Source: Bacilli bacterium
GTDB taxonomy: Bacteria; Bacillota_I; Bacilli_A; RFN20; CAG-826
Length of the DNA: 64,000 nt
Reading direction: 5' to 3'
Assembly: GCA_017502465.1 (NCBI GenBank)
Contig: JAFVUY010000130.1
Location: 44,940 to 108,939 of the forward strand
Shown: piece after piece, positions 44,477 to 58,525 of the stretch
How the letters are laid out: each line of letters opens with the position of its first letter
Numbering within the stretch: position 1 is the first letter of the stretch
The notes under the pieces: model-generated
Database searches by the model: none
What the model saw: only the letters and a program-made list of their open reading frames with translations
What the model was told of the DNA's origin: nothing
Translations under genes and position numbers: made by a program

Positions 44477-45934
44477 TTATTTGTCCTCCTTTGCAACGAT
44501 ATTTTTTAAACCTGTATGTTTTTCTAAGGCTGTTGCGATTTGGAATAAATCCGCTTCAGTAAATGCTTTAGATGTGAAATTAGCGCCAAAAGGCATACCT
44601 TCATTAAAACCAATAGGAAGAGTAATGCTTGGTAAACCAGCAAAGTTCATAACACCCAAATGGTTGTCACCAACTAAATATTCGCCAGAAAGTTTTTCGC
44701 TTTGGCTTCCAAATAATGGAGCGACTGTTGGGGAGGCTGGAAGGTAAATTGCGTCATATTCTTTTAAGATGTTGTTATACGCATCAACAATTAGTCTTCT
44801 ACATTTTTGAGCTTTTAAGAATAAATCTTTTTGGTTTGCTTTTAAAAGAGAGAAACCACCGATAACGAATCTACGTTTGATAAGTTCAGAGAAACCTTTG
44901 GTTCTCGTATTTGTCATAATTTCTTGATATGTATTTCCGTTTTCTCTAACACCAAATTTAATGCCGTCTAAATTCGCGTTATTACTTGTTGCTTCCGCGC
45001 ATGAAATAACGATATAGGTAGGATAAATAGCTCTAAGTAATTTATCATCAACGCTGACAAAGTCAACTGTCGCACCTTCCATCTTAAGATAGTCAAGGGT
45101 TTCTAAAAATCTTGCTTTGATGACAGGATCAATTGTGTAATCAACAATCTCTTTAATAACCGCTATTTTTTTACCTTTAATGCCATTGGAAATGTTTTCT
45201 AAATAGTTATCAACTTTAACAAATGAGGATGTTGCATCTTTGTTGTCTCTACCCGCTAAAAGATTAAGAGTAATAGCAGAATCGATAACGTTTCTTGTAA
45301 AGTACGCAACATGATCCATACTTGTTGCAAATGGGAATAATCCATAACGAGAAATTCTACCCCATGTTGGTTTGAATCCAACTAGTCCAGCGTAGCTTGC
45401 TGGCTTGCGTACGCTATCTCCTGTATCGCTACCTAATGCAAGCGGGACGATACCAGCGCTTATCGCAGCAGCGCTTCCACACGAAGACCCGCCTACATGA
45501 CGCTTATGAGTTTTGTCCCAAGGATTAAATGTGATACCAAGGTGCCCGGTTGTGCCACTACCACCCATTGCTAATTCATCTAATGTTGTTTTAGCAATAG
45601 GAATAGCTTTGCTATTTAAAAGTCTTTGATAAACTTCTGAAGAATAAATAGGTACATAATCTTTTAAGATATTGCTAGAAGCTGTTGTAGGAACATCTTT
45701 TGTAGAAAAGTTATCTTTGATAACAAAAGGAATACCCCATAGTAAATTATGTTCTTCTGGTTCGCCTAAAGATGAAGCAATTTCAATAGCTTCTTTTTCC
45801 ATGATATATTCAAAGGCATTATTGTTATCCTTTTTTGCGTTTTCAATCACGGCTTTAGTTAAGTCTAAAGGTGTAATCTCTTTGCTGACTAAAAGAGAAT
45901 GAAGTTCTTGAATTGATAAAGTTCTATAGTCCAT
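44477..45934 (-). CDS. gatA: Glu-tRNA(Gln) amidotransferase subunit A
   Basis: It carries the amidase signature GGSSCGSAAAISAG. ATG 45934 (MDYRTLSIQELH) lies 1 nt after the gatC stop. The track start at 45973 overlaps gatC. Confidence 0.95.
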   Translation of the reverse strand: MDYRTLSIQELHSLLVSKEITPLDLTKAVIENAKKDNNNAFEYIMEKEAIEIASSLGEPEEHNLLWGIPFVIKDNFSTKDVPTTASSNILKDYVPIYSSEVYQRLLNSKAIPIAKTTLDELAMGGSGTTGHLGITFNPWDKTHKRHVGGSSCGSAAAISAGIVPLALGSDTGDSVRKPASYAGLVGFKPTWGRISRYGLFPFATSMDHVAYFTRNVIDSAITLNLLAGRDNKDATSSFVKVDNYLENISNGIKGKKIAVIKEIVDYTIDPVIKARFLETLDYLKMEGATVDFVSVDDKLLRAIYPTYIVISCAEATSNNANLDGIKFGVRENGNTYQEIMTNTRTKGFSELIKRRFVIGGFSLLKANQKDLFLKAQKCRRLIVDAYNNILKEYDAIYLPASPTVAPLFGSQSEKLSGEYLVGDNHLGVMNFAGLPSITLPIGFNEGMPFGANFTSKAFTEADLFQIATALEKHTGLKNIVAKEDK

Positions 45935-45935
45935 A

Positions 45936-46232
45936 TTATCCCACCACCTTTGGAAGTCTAATTTGACCATCAACTACGTCTTTTGCGTTTTTAAGAGCAG
46001 CGTCTCTATCAAGAGGTTCTTCTGGTTCGTCTTCTCTTAAATAATCATTTGTTACTTCGAATGGGAAAGACATAGGTTCAACTTCTTCTAAACCTTTAAT
46101 TTCTGACATGAGTTCAAATTGTTTCACTAAAATATCAAATTCGTTTAACAATGTTTCATATTCATCATCAGTCATGTCAAACATTAAATTGTTTGCCACT
46201 TTCTTTAATACGTCTTTGTTAATTTTTTCCAT
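45936..46232 (-). CDS. gatC: Asp/Glu-tRNA amidotransferase subunit C
   Basis: 98 aa. The GatC-like tail is LREDEPEEPLDRDAALKNAKDVVDGQIRLPKVV. Confidence 0.9.
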   Translation of the reverse strand: MEKINKDVLKKVANNLMFDMTDDEYETLLNEFDILVKQFELMSEIKGLEEVEPMSFPFEVTNDYLREDEPEEPLDRDAALKNAKDVVDGQIRLPKVVG

Positions 46233-46306
46233 AAATGCACCTACCTTACGGCTTTTAAAATTGTATCACAATATATGATTTTTTTTAATTAAAAATCAAT
46301 ATTTTC

Positions 46307-46346
46307 AAAAAAGAAAACCAAAACTCATTTTTTAAGTCTTGGTTTC
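46307..46346 (-). terminator. Candidate terminator after ligA
   Basis: In minus sense, the stem gaaaccaa/ttggtttc (one bulged A) has a long ~17-nt loop and is followed by TTTTTTG. It lies 26 nt after the ligA stop. Confidence 0.35.
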
Positions 46347-46371
46347 TTTAAATAATTTTATTTATGGTAGG

Positions 46372-50582
<4,211 letters not shown>

Positions 50583-50649
50583 AGAATAATTTTATCATAA
50601 ATAAGCCCTATATTCATTAAAATATTCAAAAAACTTATTGTAGGTAAAA

Positions 50650-51084
50650 TTAACTATAATAATCTAAAACAGATAATATTTCTTTTGAACCTGCTATATT
50701 CAATATTAGATAACCGTTTTTAATTTGTAACAAACTAGGCGTTCCCTTGATTACGACATCTACATAACTACTAGATCCTATGCAATCTTCGATATTATTT
50801 GATATTGGTATATCTTTTGTGCATTCAATTAAATATGTAGGATATTTTTCACTAATAACAAAACTAATAATCTCTTCCTTAATATTTTGGCAGTGTAAGC
50901 AACTTAAGCTATAAATATAAACAAAATACTCGGAATTTGACTGCGAAAATAAGTCTTTCCAAGTAATTTGATATTCTTCTAGTTGATTATAGTCTTCATA
51001 TATCAAGTCTGAATCATTTGTAATTGAGCAACTTGATAATAAGGTTAAAAATGTGAATGTTAATGATAATAATTTCTTTTTCAT
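50650..51084 (-). CDS. Thioredoxin-fold lipoprotein
   Basis: 144 aa with the lipobox LLSSC and a CLHC (CxxC) motif in FVYIYSLSCLHCQNIK. Confidence 0.6.
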   Translation of the reverse strand: MKKKLLSLTFTFLTLLSSCSITNDSDLIYEDYNQLEEYQITWKDLFSQSNSEYFVYIYSLSCLHCQNIKEEIISFVISEKYPTYLIECTKDIPISNNIEDCIGSSSYVDVVIKGTPSLLQIKNGYLILNIAGSKEILSVLDYYS

Positions 51085-51143
51085 AAATCCCTCCTAAATA
51101 GTCTCTATTATAAATAGGGTGGATTTTTGAAATTTTACCGAAA

Positions 51144-51581
51144 TTATTTTATTTTATTTAAAAGATTTACTCTTTCTTGGTGTCTTCCGCCTTCGAACTC
51201 TGTTTCTAAGAAGATATGAACTCTTCTTTCAACATCTTCGTAGGACATAAATTTTTGTCCAAAGGAAATAACGTTCGCGTCATTATGTTGTCTCATGAGT
51301 TTTGATACTTCGTCGTTATAACCAATTCCGCATCTAACGCCTTCGACTTTATTCGCTGACATCATAATACCTTCACCAGAGGTGCAAATAACAACGCCAA
51401 AATTAGCACAGCCAGACGCGACACATCTAGCGACATTCTCTCCATAAATAGGATAGTGAACAGATTCTTCAGAATATGTTCCACAGTCCAAAACTAAATA
51501 GCCAAGTTGGCCTAAATGATAAATTAATTTTTGTTTATAATCAAAACCGCCGTGATCTGAACCAATTGCAATTGTTAACAT
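51144..51581 (-). CDS. rpiB: Ribose-5-phosphate isomerase B
   Basis: 145 aa with the RpiB/LacAB blocks IAIGSDHGGFDYK and VICTSGEGIMMSANK. Confidence 0.9.
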   Translation of the reverse strand: MLTIAIGSDHGGFDYKQKLIYHLGQLGYLVLDCGTYSEESVHYPIYGENVARCVASGCANFGVVICTSGEGIMMSANKVEGVRCGIGYNDEVSKLMRQHNDANVISFGQKFMSYEDVERRVHIFLETEFEGGRHQERVNLLNKIK

Positions 51582-51586
51582 AGTTG

Positions 51587-52216
51587 TTATTCTCCTTTTA
51601 GGACTTTATCAATCATTTCTTTAGTAATAGGGCCTTCACGAACAATCTTATAATGTTCTCCGGTCATATCCACTATAGTGGAAGGTGCTCCGCCTTCCGC
51701 GGTGCCTTCAACGATATAATCTAATTCGTCATTAAAGATTTCTCTAACTTCATCAGAACTCATCGCAGGTTTTTCTCCACTTCTATTCGCAGATGGAGCA
51801 AGTAATGGTTTTCCTGTATATGTAAGCATTGTAATAGTGTCAGGATAAGATGTGACTCTAATACCGATTACACCTGTGTTATGTGTAACCCAAGGTGGAA
51901 CACTACCCTTTGCAGGAAGTAACATAGTTAAAGGCCCAGGTAAAAACGCATTAGCGATTTTCATTCCTTCTTCATTTACTTTTGCAAATAAAGGAATTTG
52001 TTCAGGATCTTGAAGCATTAGAGCGTATGGTTTATCTTCGGGTCTTCTTTTAATAATATTTAAACGATTGTAGGCAAATTCATCATCATAAACTACCCCA
52101 ATACCCATGACTGTTTCAGTAGGGAAGGCTACCACTCCGTGGTTATTTAGGTGGTGAGCAGCTTCTTGTATTTGAGCGTCTATATGTAATTCATCTTCTT
52201 TAAGAAATTTTCTCAT
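51587..52216 (-). CDS. tsaC: L-threonylcarbamoyladenylate synthase (Sua5/YrdC/YwlC family, short form)
   Basis: 209 aa with VVAFPTETVMGIG, LLAPSANRSGEKP and STIVDMT. Confidence 0.85.
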   Translation of the reverse strand: MRKFLKEDELHIDAQIQEAAHHLNNHGVVAFPTETVMGIGVVYDDEFAYNRLNIIKRRPEDKPYALMLQDPEQIPLFAKVNEEGMKIANAFLPGPLTMLLPAKGSVPPWVTHNTGVIGIRVTSYPDTITMLTYTGKPLLAPSANRSGEKPAMSSDEVREIFNDELDYIVEGTAEGGAPSTIVDMTGEHYKIVREGPITKEMIDKVLKGE

Positions 52217-52223
52217 AAAAGTT

Positions 52224-53069
52224 TTACCTTTCGTCTCTTATTATAATAAGAAATCTAGTTTTATCATAGATATCTTTATAAAAATTGTATACGGCTTTAC
52301 TAAAATATTTATTCACTAAAAGGGTTAATGACTCTTCCATATCTTCTCCAATTTCTAAACAAATTAATCCTAATTTATTTAAAACCTTAGGAGCGTCTTT
52401 AAACAATTGTTCATAAAAATATGTTGAAGGACTTGCAAATAAAGCTAAATGTGGTTCATATATTAAAGTAGATTCTTCCACTGTATCAATGCTTGGGATA
52501 TATGGGGGGTTACAAACAATAACGTCCGCTTTTAAAGCTTTGGCAATAAATGGGGATAACATATCTCCTTCTAAAAGAGTAACATCAACGTTTAATTTAT
52601 CCTTATTTTTAGTCGCCACCTCTAAAGCAAGAGGAGAAATATCGCTGAGATAAACATCAGAATCTAGAAACGCCTTTTTTAAGGAAATGCCTATACATCC
52701 TGAACCACAACACACATCAAAGATTTGTACATTTTGGCGATTATAGATTTCTTTAATTTTATTAATTGTTAATTTGGTTAATTCTTCAGTTTCATTCCTA
52801 GGAATGAGAACATTAGAATTTACATAAAACTCTTCATTTAAAAAATAGGCTTTATTCAAAATATATTGAAGAGATTTTCCGTTTTTAAGTTCTTCAATAT
52901 ATTTATCAATCAATTCTTCATTGATACATTCTTCATCAAATCGAGAAAGCAAAGAAAAATCTGTATCGATATTATTAACCGACATTAAGATTTGTTTAAT
53001 TGCGTTTTCGTTTACATATTTATTGTTAATTTTTTTAAGTTCGAAATATTTGTTTCTAATAGAAGACAT
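52224..53069 (-). CDS. prmC: Release-factor glutamine methyltransferase
   Basis: 281 aa with the SAM motif FDVCCGSGCIG and the NPPY motif (VCNPPYIP). It lies directly downstream of prfA with a 1-nt overlap. Confidence 0.9.
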   Translation of the reverse strand: MSSIRNKYFELKKINNKYVNENAIKQILMSVNNIDTDFSLLSRFDEECINEELIDKYIEELKNGKSLQYILNKAYFLNEEFYVNSNVLIPRNETEELTKLTINKIKEIYNRQNVQIFDVCCGSGCIGISLKKAFLDSDVYLSDISPLALEVATKNKDKLNVDVTLLEGDMLSPFIAKALKADVIVCNPPYIPSIDTVEESTLIYEPHLALFASPSTYFYEQLFKDAPKVLNKLGLICLEIGEDMEESLTLLVNKYFSKAVYNFYKDIYDKTRFLIIIRDER

Positions 53070-54145
53070 TATTCTTCACCAGCCATTTTTTGAGCTTGGT
53101 CGTAATGGACCAACGCGTCAATAACTTCATCTAATTCACCTTCGATAACTCTATCTAATTTTTGAATTGTGAAACCAATGCGGTGGTCGGTAACTCTGTT
53201 TTGTGGATAGTTATAGGTACGAATCTTTTCACTTCTTTCACCAGTGCCGACTTTTAATTTTCTTTCATTTCCAATTTTTTCTTGTTGTTCTTCTAAAAGT
53301 GTCGCATACATTTTTGCTCTTAACATTTGCATAGCGATTTCTCTATTTTGAATTTGAGACTTTTCAGTTTGACATGCGACAACAATACCTGTTGGTATGT
53401 GGGTAATTCTAACCGCAGATTCGGTTTTATTAACGTTTTGACCGCCCGCACCTTGAGAGTGATATGTATCAACTTGCAAATCCGCTGTATTGATTTCAAC
53501 GTCGATTGCATCCGCTTCTGGCATAACTAAAACTGTCGCGGTGGATGTATGGATACGTCCACTTGCTTCTGTTTTTGGAACTCTTTGAACTCTATGGGCT
53601 CCACTTTCAAACTTTAGTTTGGAGTAAACCATATCGCCTTTAATCATAAACGAGATAGTGGAGAAGCCACCTGCTTCAGATGGATTCGCGTCCATCATTT
53701 GGATTTTCCAACCTTGGCTTTCCGCATATCTTGTATACATTCTAAATAGGTCACCTGCAAAAATATTAGCCTCATCTCCACCTGCTGCACCTCTAATTTC
53801 AACAACGATGTTTTTGTCATCATTAGGGTCTCTAGGCAAGAGTAAAACACGGAGTTTTTCGATAATATCTTCTTCTTCTATAGAAATTGCTTTAAGTTCT
53901 TCTTTTCCTAGTTCAGAGATTTCTGGATCGGAATCATTAGTCATTTCAAGAGCTTGTTCTTTATCTGATTGAAGTTTGTTGTAGCGATGGAAAAGTTCCA
54001 CTTGTGGTTCAAGTGTACTTCTTTCTTTAGATATTTCTTTGAAATGTTTAAGGTCTCTTGTAACATTTTCATCCATTAATTCTTCATCAATTTCCGCGAG
54101 TCTTTTTTCCGCGGCTTTAAGTCTTAGATACATGCTCTCTTCCAT
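53069..54145 (-). CDS. prfA: Peptide chain release factor 1
   Basis: It has the GGQ motif (SQGAGGQNVNK) and an RF1-type PxT tripeptide region (RVQRVPKTE). ATG 54145 is preceded by an AGAGGAG RBS. The track start at 54184 is less likely. Confidence 0.95.
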   Translation of the reverse strand: MEESMYLRLKAAEKRLAEIDEELMDENVTRDLKHFKEISKERSTLEPQVELFHRYNKLQSDKEQALEMTNDSDPEISELGKEELKAISIEEEDIIEKLRVLLLPRDPNDDKNIVVEIRGAAGGDEANIFAGDLFRMYTRYAESQGWKIQMMDANPSEAGGFSTISFMIKGDMVYSKLKFESGAHRVQRVPKTEASGRIHTSTATVLVMPEADAIDVEINTADLQVDTYHSQGAGGQNVNKTESAVRITHIPTGIVVACQTEKSQIQNREIAMQMLRAKMYATLLEEQQEKIGNERKLKVGTGERSEKIRTYNYPQNRVTDHRIGFTIQKLDRVIEGELDEVIDALVHYDQAQKMAGEE

Positions 54146-54240
54146 AACTAACTCCTCTTTTTTAGGCGTTTTTAATTCTATCACATATATTCAAATAGAA
54201 AAAGCAAGAAAACATTTATCCTTAATATTAATATTAATCC

Positions 54241-54269
54241 TTCAAACGACCAGGAAAATTGTGTATAAT
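54241..54269 (+). promoter_or_regulatory. Candidate sigma-A promoter for the dnaX operon
   Basis: The -35 is TTCAAA (54241-54246), the spacer is 17 nt and the -10 is TATAAT (54264-54269). Caveat: the predicted leader would be very short, starting about at the AGGTGA RBS. Confidence 0.3.
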
Positions 54270-54286
54270 CTTTTCAGGTGAGTAAA

Positions 54287-56002
54287 ATGGCATATAAAGC
54301 TTTGTATCGTACATATCGTCCAACAACATTTGACGAGGTTGCTGGACAAGAACATATCGTCAAAACTCTCAAAAACGCTTTAGCGACTGGAAAAATCGCT
54401 CATGCATATCTTTTTGCTGGACCAAGAGGGACAGGCAAAACTTCTATGGCGAAATTACTCGCCAAAGCATTAAACTGCGAAGATGGTATCGGACATCAAT
54501 GTAATACATGTAAAAACTGTGTATCGATTACCGATGGAACTCATCCAGATGTTATTGAAATTGACGCTGCTAGCAATAACGGTGTTGAACAAGTTCGTGA
54601 CTTAATTGACAAAGTCAAATACGGAACAATTTTAGGTAAATATAAAGTTTATATTATTGATGAAGTTCACATGATGTCTCCAGGTGCTTTTAACGCACTT
54701 CTTAAAACACTTGAAGAACCACCTTCACACGTAATATTCATTTTAGCGACAACAGAGCCTCATAAAATTCTTCCAACTATTCTTTCTAGATGTCAAAGAT
54801 ATGATTTTTCAAAACTTAGTCCAGAAGAAATTACCGGAAGACTTAAAACCGTTTTAGAAGCCGAAAAAATTGAATATAACGAAGAGGCAGTTAAATTAAT
54901 TGTCGCACTTTCCGATGGAGGAATGAGAGACGCTTTATCTATTCTTGACCAAGTTCTCGCATATTCTGGAGACACATTAAACGTTCAAGACCTTTTAGAT
55001 ATCTTCGCTCTTGAAAGTGTTGATGAAAAGATTTCTCTAATTAATTCCATTATTAATGGAAATGTCAGCGATGTCTTAAATAGACTTAATAACTATATTT
55101 CTAGAGGCACTGATATCAAAAGACTTACAAATGATTTATTAATCATCTTAAAAGATACTTTGATCTACTCTAATACTAGAGATCCTAAATTCTTAGAGCA
55201 ATTAACAATGCTTCAAGCAACCGCTTTAGCGAAATTTATTAGAAAAGACGCTCTTTTAAAGATGATTGAAATTTTAATGGAAACTTCAAAAGACTACAAA
55301 TATGTCACATCTATTAACCCAGTCTTTGAAATCACATTACTCAAATTAGTAAATATGTTTGAACCAAAGATTAAAGAAGATGACTCTGACATTGTTATTG
55401 AACCAGAAATCTTCGAAGAAGATGTCGAGGAAGAAACAATTCAAGTTGAACCTACACCTATTAAAGAAGAAATTAAAGTTGTTCCTACCCCAAAAGAAAC
55501 AATTGAAACCACTCAAGGTTCTATCTTTGATCAAATAGAAGAACCTATCAAATTAAATGAAGATATTATCGTCTTAAAAGACGCGATTAACGATGACTTC
55601 TATTCAATTGATGATGACCTTATGGTCAAAATCATGGTTATCGCTAAAAAAGACATGAAAAATAACATGTTATCTACTTGGGTAAATCTTAAAAAATACG
55701 TTGCTCATCCAAAACTAGGAAAAGTGGCCTCTATTCTTTCAGATTCTCACCCGCTTGTCGTTGCTAAAAATATCCTTGTTCTTGAATGTGGGCTTCAAAC
55801 TATCGCTGAAAAGGTAAATGACAGAAATAATCAATTAGATTTACAAACAATTATTAATACAGTTTTTGGAGAAAGAATGTTTGTTTATGGAGTTAGCAGA
55901 AAAGATTCTGTTAGACTTCAACAAAAATACATCAATCTTTTACAATTATCAAAACTTCCAAAAGCTGACACAATTGAACTTGAATTTATAGGAGAAAAAT
56001 AA
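54287..56002 (+). CDS. dnaX: DNA polymerase III subunit gamma/tau
   Basis: It has YRPTTFDEVAGQEHI, Walker A GPRGTGKTS, Zn-module cysteines CNTCKNC and the SRC motif (LSRCQRY). ATG 54287 lies after AGGTGA; the track start at 54278 is a GTG inside the RBS. Confidence 0.95.
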   Translation: MAYKALYRTYRPTTFDEVAGQEHIVKTLKNALATGKIAHAYLFAGPRGTGKTSMAKLLAKALNCEDGIGHQCNTCKNCVSITDGTHPDVIEIDAASNNGVEQVRDLIDKVKYGTILGKYKVYIIDEVHMMSPGAFNALLKTLEEPPSHVIFILATTEPHKILPTILSRCQRYDFSKLSPEEITGRLKTVLEAEKIEYNEEAVKLIVALSDGGMRDALSILDQVLAYSGDTLNVQDLLDIFALESVDEKISLINSIINGNVSDVLNRLNNYISRGTDIKRLTNDLLIILKDTLIYSNTRDPKFLEQLTMLQATALAKFIRKDALLKMIEILMETSKDYKYVTSINPVFEITLLKLVNMFEPKIKEDDSDIVIEPEIFEEDVEEETIQVEPTPIKEEIKVVPTPKETIETTQGSIFDQIEEPIKLNEDIIVLKDAINDDFYSIDDDLMVKIMVIAKKDMKNNMLSTWVNLKKYVAHPKLGKVASILSDSHPLVVAKNILVLECGLQTIAEKVNDRNNQLDLQTIINTVFGERMFVYGVSRKDSVRLQQKYINLLQLSKLPKADTIELEFIGEK

Positions 56003-56004
56003 TT

Positions 56005-56307
56005 ATGAACATGCAACAAATGATGATGCAAGCTCAAAAAATGCAAAGAGAACTTAAAAAGGCAAAAGATGAACTTGCAAAACAAGAATTCGAAATCACA
56101 AAAGGTGGTGCGGTCACAGTTGTTATGATGGGTAATGGCACGATTAAATCCATCTCAATTGATGAAGACGCCTTTGAAGCTGACAACAAGGAAATGATTG
56201 AAGATATGATCACCCTTGCTATCAACGAGCTTCTCCAAAAGGTTGCTTTGGCAGACCAAAAAATCGAAGAAAGAATTACCGGTAGAGCAGGCGGATTTGG
56301 TTTCTAG
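56005..56307 (+). CDS. ybaB: YbaB/EbfC-family nucleoid-associated protein
   Basis: 100 aa beginning MQQMMMQAQKMQRELKKAKDEL, with the conserved position between dnaX and recR. Confidence 0.9.
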   Translation: MNMQQMMMQAQKMQRELKKAKDELAKQEFEITKGGAVTVVMMGNGTIKSISIDEDAFEADNKEMIEDMITLAINELLQKVALADQKIEERITGRAGGFGF

Positions 56308-56309
56308 TT

Positions 56310-56906
56310 ATGGCGTATCTTAAAGCTTTAGAAAGATTAATAGAATCACTTAGTAAACTTCCAAGTGTTGGTAAAAAATCCGCAGAACGTATGGCGTTTG
56401 CGATTTTAAACATGGATGAAGATGATGTTTTAGAATTTTCTGAAGCTCTAAAGAATGTTAAAGAAAAAATCCATACTTGCCCTATTTGTGGCAATTATTC
56501 TGAAGAAGAAATATGCGAGATTTGCAGCGATAATACAAGGGACACCTCAAAATTAATGATTGTTTCTTATCCTAAAGATGTTATCGCTTTTGAAACCGCG
56601 GAAGGTTATAAAGGACTATATCATGTCCTTAACGGAGTTATCGCCCCTACTAGAGGAAAAGGTATTGAAGACCTTAATTTCACATCTTTAATTAAAAGAA
56701 TTGAAGAAGGGAATATCAAAGAAGTTATCATTGCCACTAATCCTACAGTAGAAGGGGAAACCACCGGATTATATATCGCTAAAAAATTAGAAAATTACGA
56801 TATAGAAATTACACGTCTTGCCTATGGTTTACAAATGGGTGGGGCGCTTGATTACACTGATTCTCTTACTCTCGTTAGAGCGCTTGAGGGAAGAAGAAAA
56901 TTATAG
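56310..56906 (+). CDS. recR: Recombination protein RecR
   Basis: 198 aa with an HhH N-terminus, a C4 zinc finger (CPICGNYSEEEICEIC) and a Toprim domain. Confidence 0.95.
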   Translation: MAYLKALERLIESLSKLPSVGKKSAERMAFAILNMDEDDVLEFSEALKNVKEKIHTCPICGNYSEEEICEICSDNTRDTSKLMIVSYPKDVIAFETAEGYKGLYHVLNGVIAPTRGKGIEDLNFTSLIKRIEEGNIKEVIIATNPTVEGETTGLYIAKKLENYDIEITRLAYGLQMGGALDYTDSLTLVRALEGRRKL

Positions 56907-56920
56907 GAGGCGTCGCTATT

Positions 56921-57541
56921 ATGTTTATTACTATTGAAGGACCAGAAGGTTCAGGAAAATCTACAGCAGTTAACACCGCTGTTAAACATTTAGAAACATT
57001 AGGTTATAAAATTGTTAGAACTAGAGAGCCAGGCGGCACTCCCATTTCTGAAAAAATTAGAGAAGTTATTTTAGATAAAGGTAACACAATGATGGATCCA
57101 AGAACTGAAGCTCTTCTTTACGCCGCTAGTAGAAGACAACATCTTGTCGAAAAAGTTTGGCCTGCTCTTGAAAGAGGAGAAATCGTTGTTTGCGATAGAT
57201 ATTTAGACTCTTCTTTAGCCTATCAAGGTGGAGCAAGACATCTTGGAATTGATGAAGTATTAAACATTAACTTATTCGCCACCGAACACACATATCCAGA
57301 TTTAACTCTTTTATTTGATATTGAACCTGAATTAGGTTTAGCGAGAATCGCTGCTAATTCAAATAGAGAAGTTAATCGTTTAGATTTAGAAAAATTAGAA
57401 TTCCATAAAACAGTTAGGGACACTTTCCTCCTTTTAGCTAAGCGTTATCCTGAACGTTATGTAATTATTGATGCATCTAAATCTGTTGAAGATGTTGCTA
57501 ATGCAACAATTGAGGCAATCTTAAATAGATTATGCAAATAG
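56921..57541 (+). CDS. tmk: Thymidylate kinase
   Basis: 206 aa with the P-loop IEGPEGSGKST and the DRY motif (CDRYLDSSLAYQG). Confidence 0.95.
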   Translation: MFITIEGPEGSGKSTAVNTAVKHLETLGYKIVRTREPGGTPISEKIREVILDKGNTMMDPRTEALLYAASRRQHLVEKVWPALERGEIVVCDRYLDSSLAYQGGARHLGIDEVLNINLFATEHTYPDLTLLFDIEPELGLARIAANSNREVNRLDLEKLEFHKTVRDTFLLLAKRYPERYVIIDASKSVEDVANATIEAILNRLCK

Positions 57542-58524
57542 AAGAATATTTAAAGACATATCAAAACGTAATTTATAAAACATTTGTTAATTCTTTTAAT
57601 AACAAATCTCTTTCGCATGCCTATTTACTTGTGGGCAATCCTGGAACCCCATTATTAGAAGTCGCCACCTTTTTAGCGAAATCTATTTTATGTGATGACC
57701 CAAGTCCATTCGCGTGTAATTCATGTATCACATGCCTCCGCGTAGATGATAACAATTATCCAGACTTCTTGGTTTTCGATGGACAAAAAGGAACAATTAA
57801 AAAAGATGATGTTATTCAAATTGAATCCCAATTTGATAAAAAAGCATTTGAGTCAAAAGGTATAAGAATTTATATTCTTAATCTTGTTGAAAATATGACA
57901 GAAGAGGCTGTTAACTCATTATTAAAATTCTTAGAGGAACCTCATGAAAATATTTATGCGTTTTTAACAACAAATAACGAATCTAATGTCTTGCCTACGA
58001 TTGTAAGTAGATGCCAAACCTTATATTTAAAAAGCATTTCTAGAAACAAAATCATTAATGACTCAATTAACTTAGGGGTCAATCTTGAAGATGCGGAATT
58101 ATTATCGTTTTTTATTAATAATGCGGAACTTTTATATGAATTTGTAAATGATAAAAATCAATATGAGCCTTTTGATAACACCAAAAAGGCATTAATTACA
58201 ATTTTAGATGCTCTAGTGAACGATAAAAAAGAGGCCGTCTATTTAAGCCAAACACTTTTAAATAAAGTTGTGACTTCTAAAGAAGACGCACGATTTTATT
58301 TAGATATGTTATCTCAATTTATTGAGGATATTTTAAATTTTCAACATCATGGAGATATTATCTTAAAATCTTATGAACAATTAATTAGCGAGTTAAGTGA
58401 AGTGATCTTAAATCCTCAAGAACTTCTTCTAGAAGTTTTAAAATTAAGAGGAATTCTTAACATCAATGTTAATATTCCACTTCTTCTTGATCACTTAATC
58501 TTTTTCATAACAAAGGAGAAATAA
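57532..58524 (+). CDS. holB: DNA polymerase III subunit delta'
   Basis: 330 aa with SHAYLLVGNPG, a Cys cluster CNSCITC and TIVSRCQ. It overlaps tmk by 10 nt. Confidence 0.85.
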   Translation: MQIEEYLKTYQNVIYKTFVNSFNNKSLSHAYLLVGNPGTPLLEVATFLAKSILCDDPSPFACNSCITCLRVDDNNYPDFLVFDGQKGTIKKDDVIQIESQFDKKAFESKGIRIYILNLVENMTEEAVNSLLKFLEEPHENIYAFLTTNNESNVLPTIVSRCQTLYLKSISRNKIINDSINLGVNLEDAELLSFFINNAELLYEFVNDKNQYEPFDNTKKALITILDALVNDKKEAVYLSQTLLNKVVTSKEDARFYLDMLSQFIEDILNFQHHGDIILKSYEQLISELSEVILNPQELLLEVLKLRGILNINVNIPLLLDHLIFFITKEK

Positions 58525-58525
58525 A

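Noticed and set aside
55646-55652. A AAAAAAG heptamer in dnaX that looked like the programmed -1 frameshift site that produces the gamma subunit
   Set aside because: It is out of phase. With the dnaX frame set by ATG 54287, the codons are AAA-AAA-GAC, whereas the X-XXY-YYZ arrangement (A-AAA-AAG) requires the heptamer to start at a third codon position. I saw no downstream stem-loop or in-frame -1 stop pattern either.
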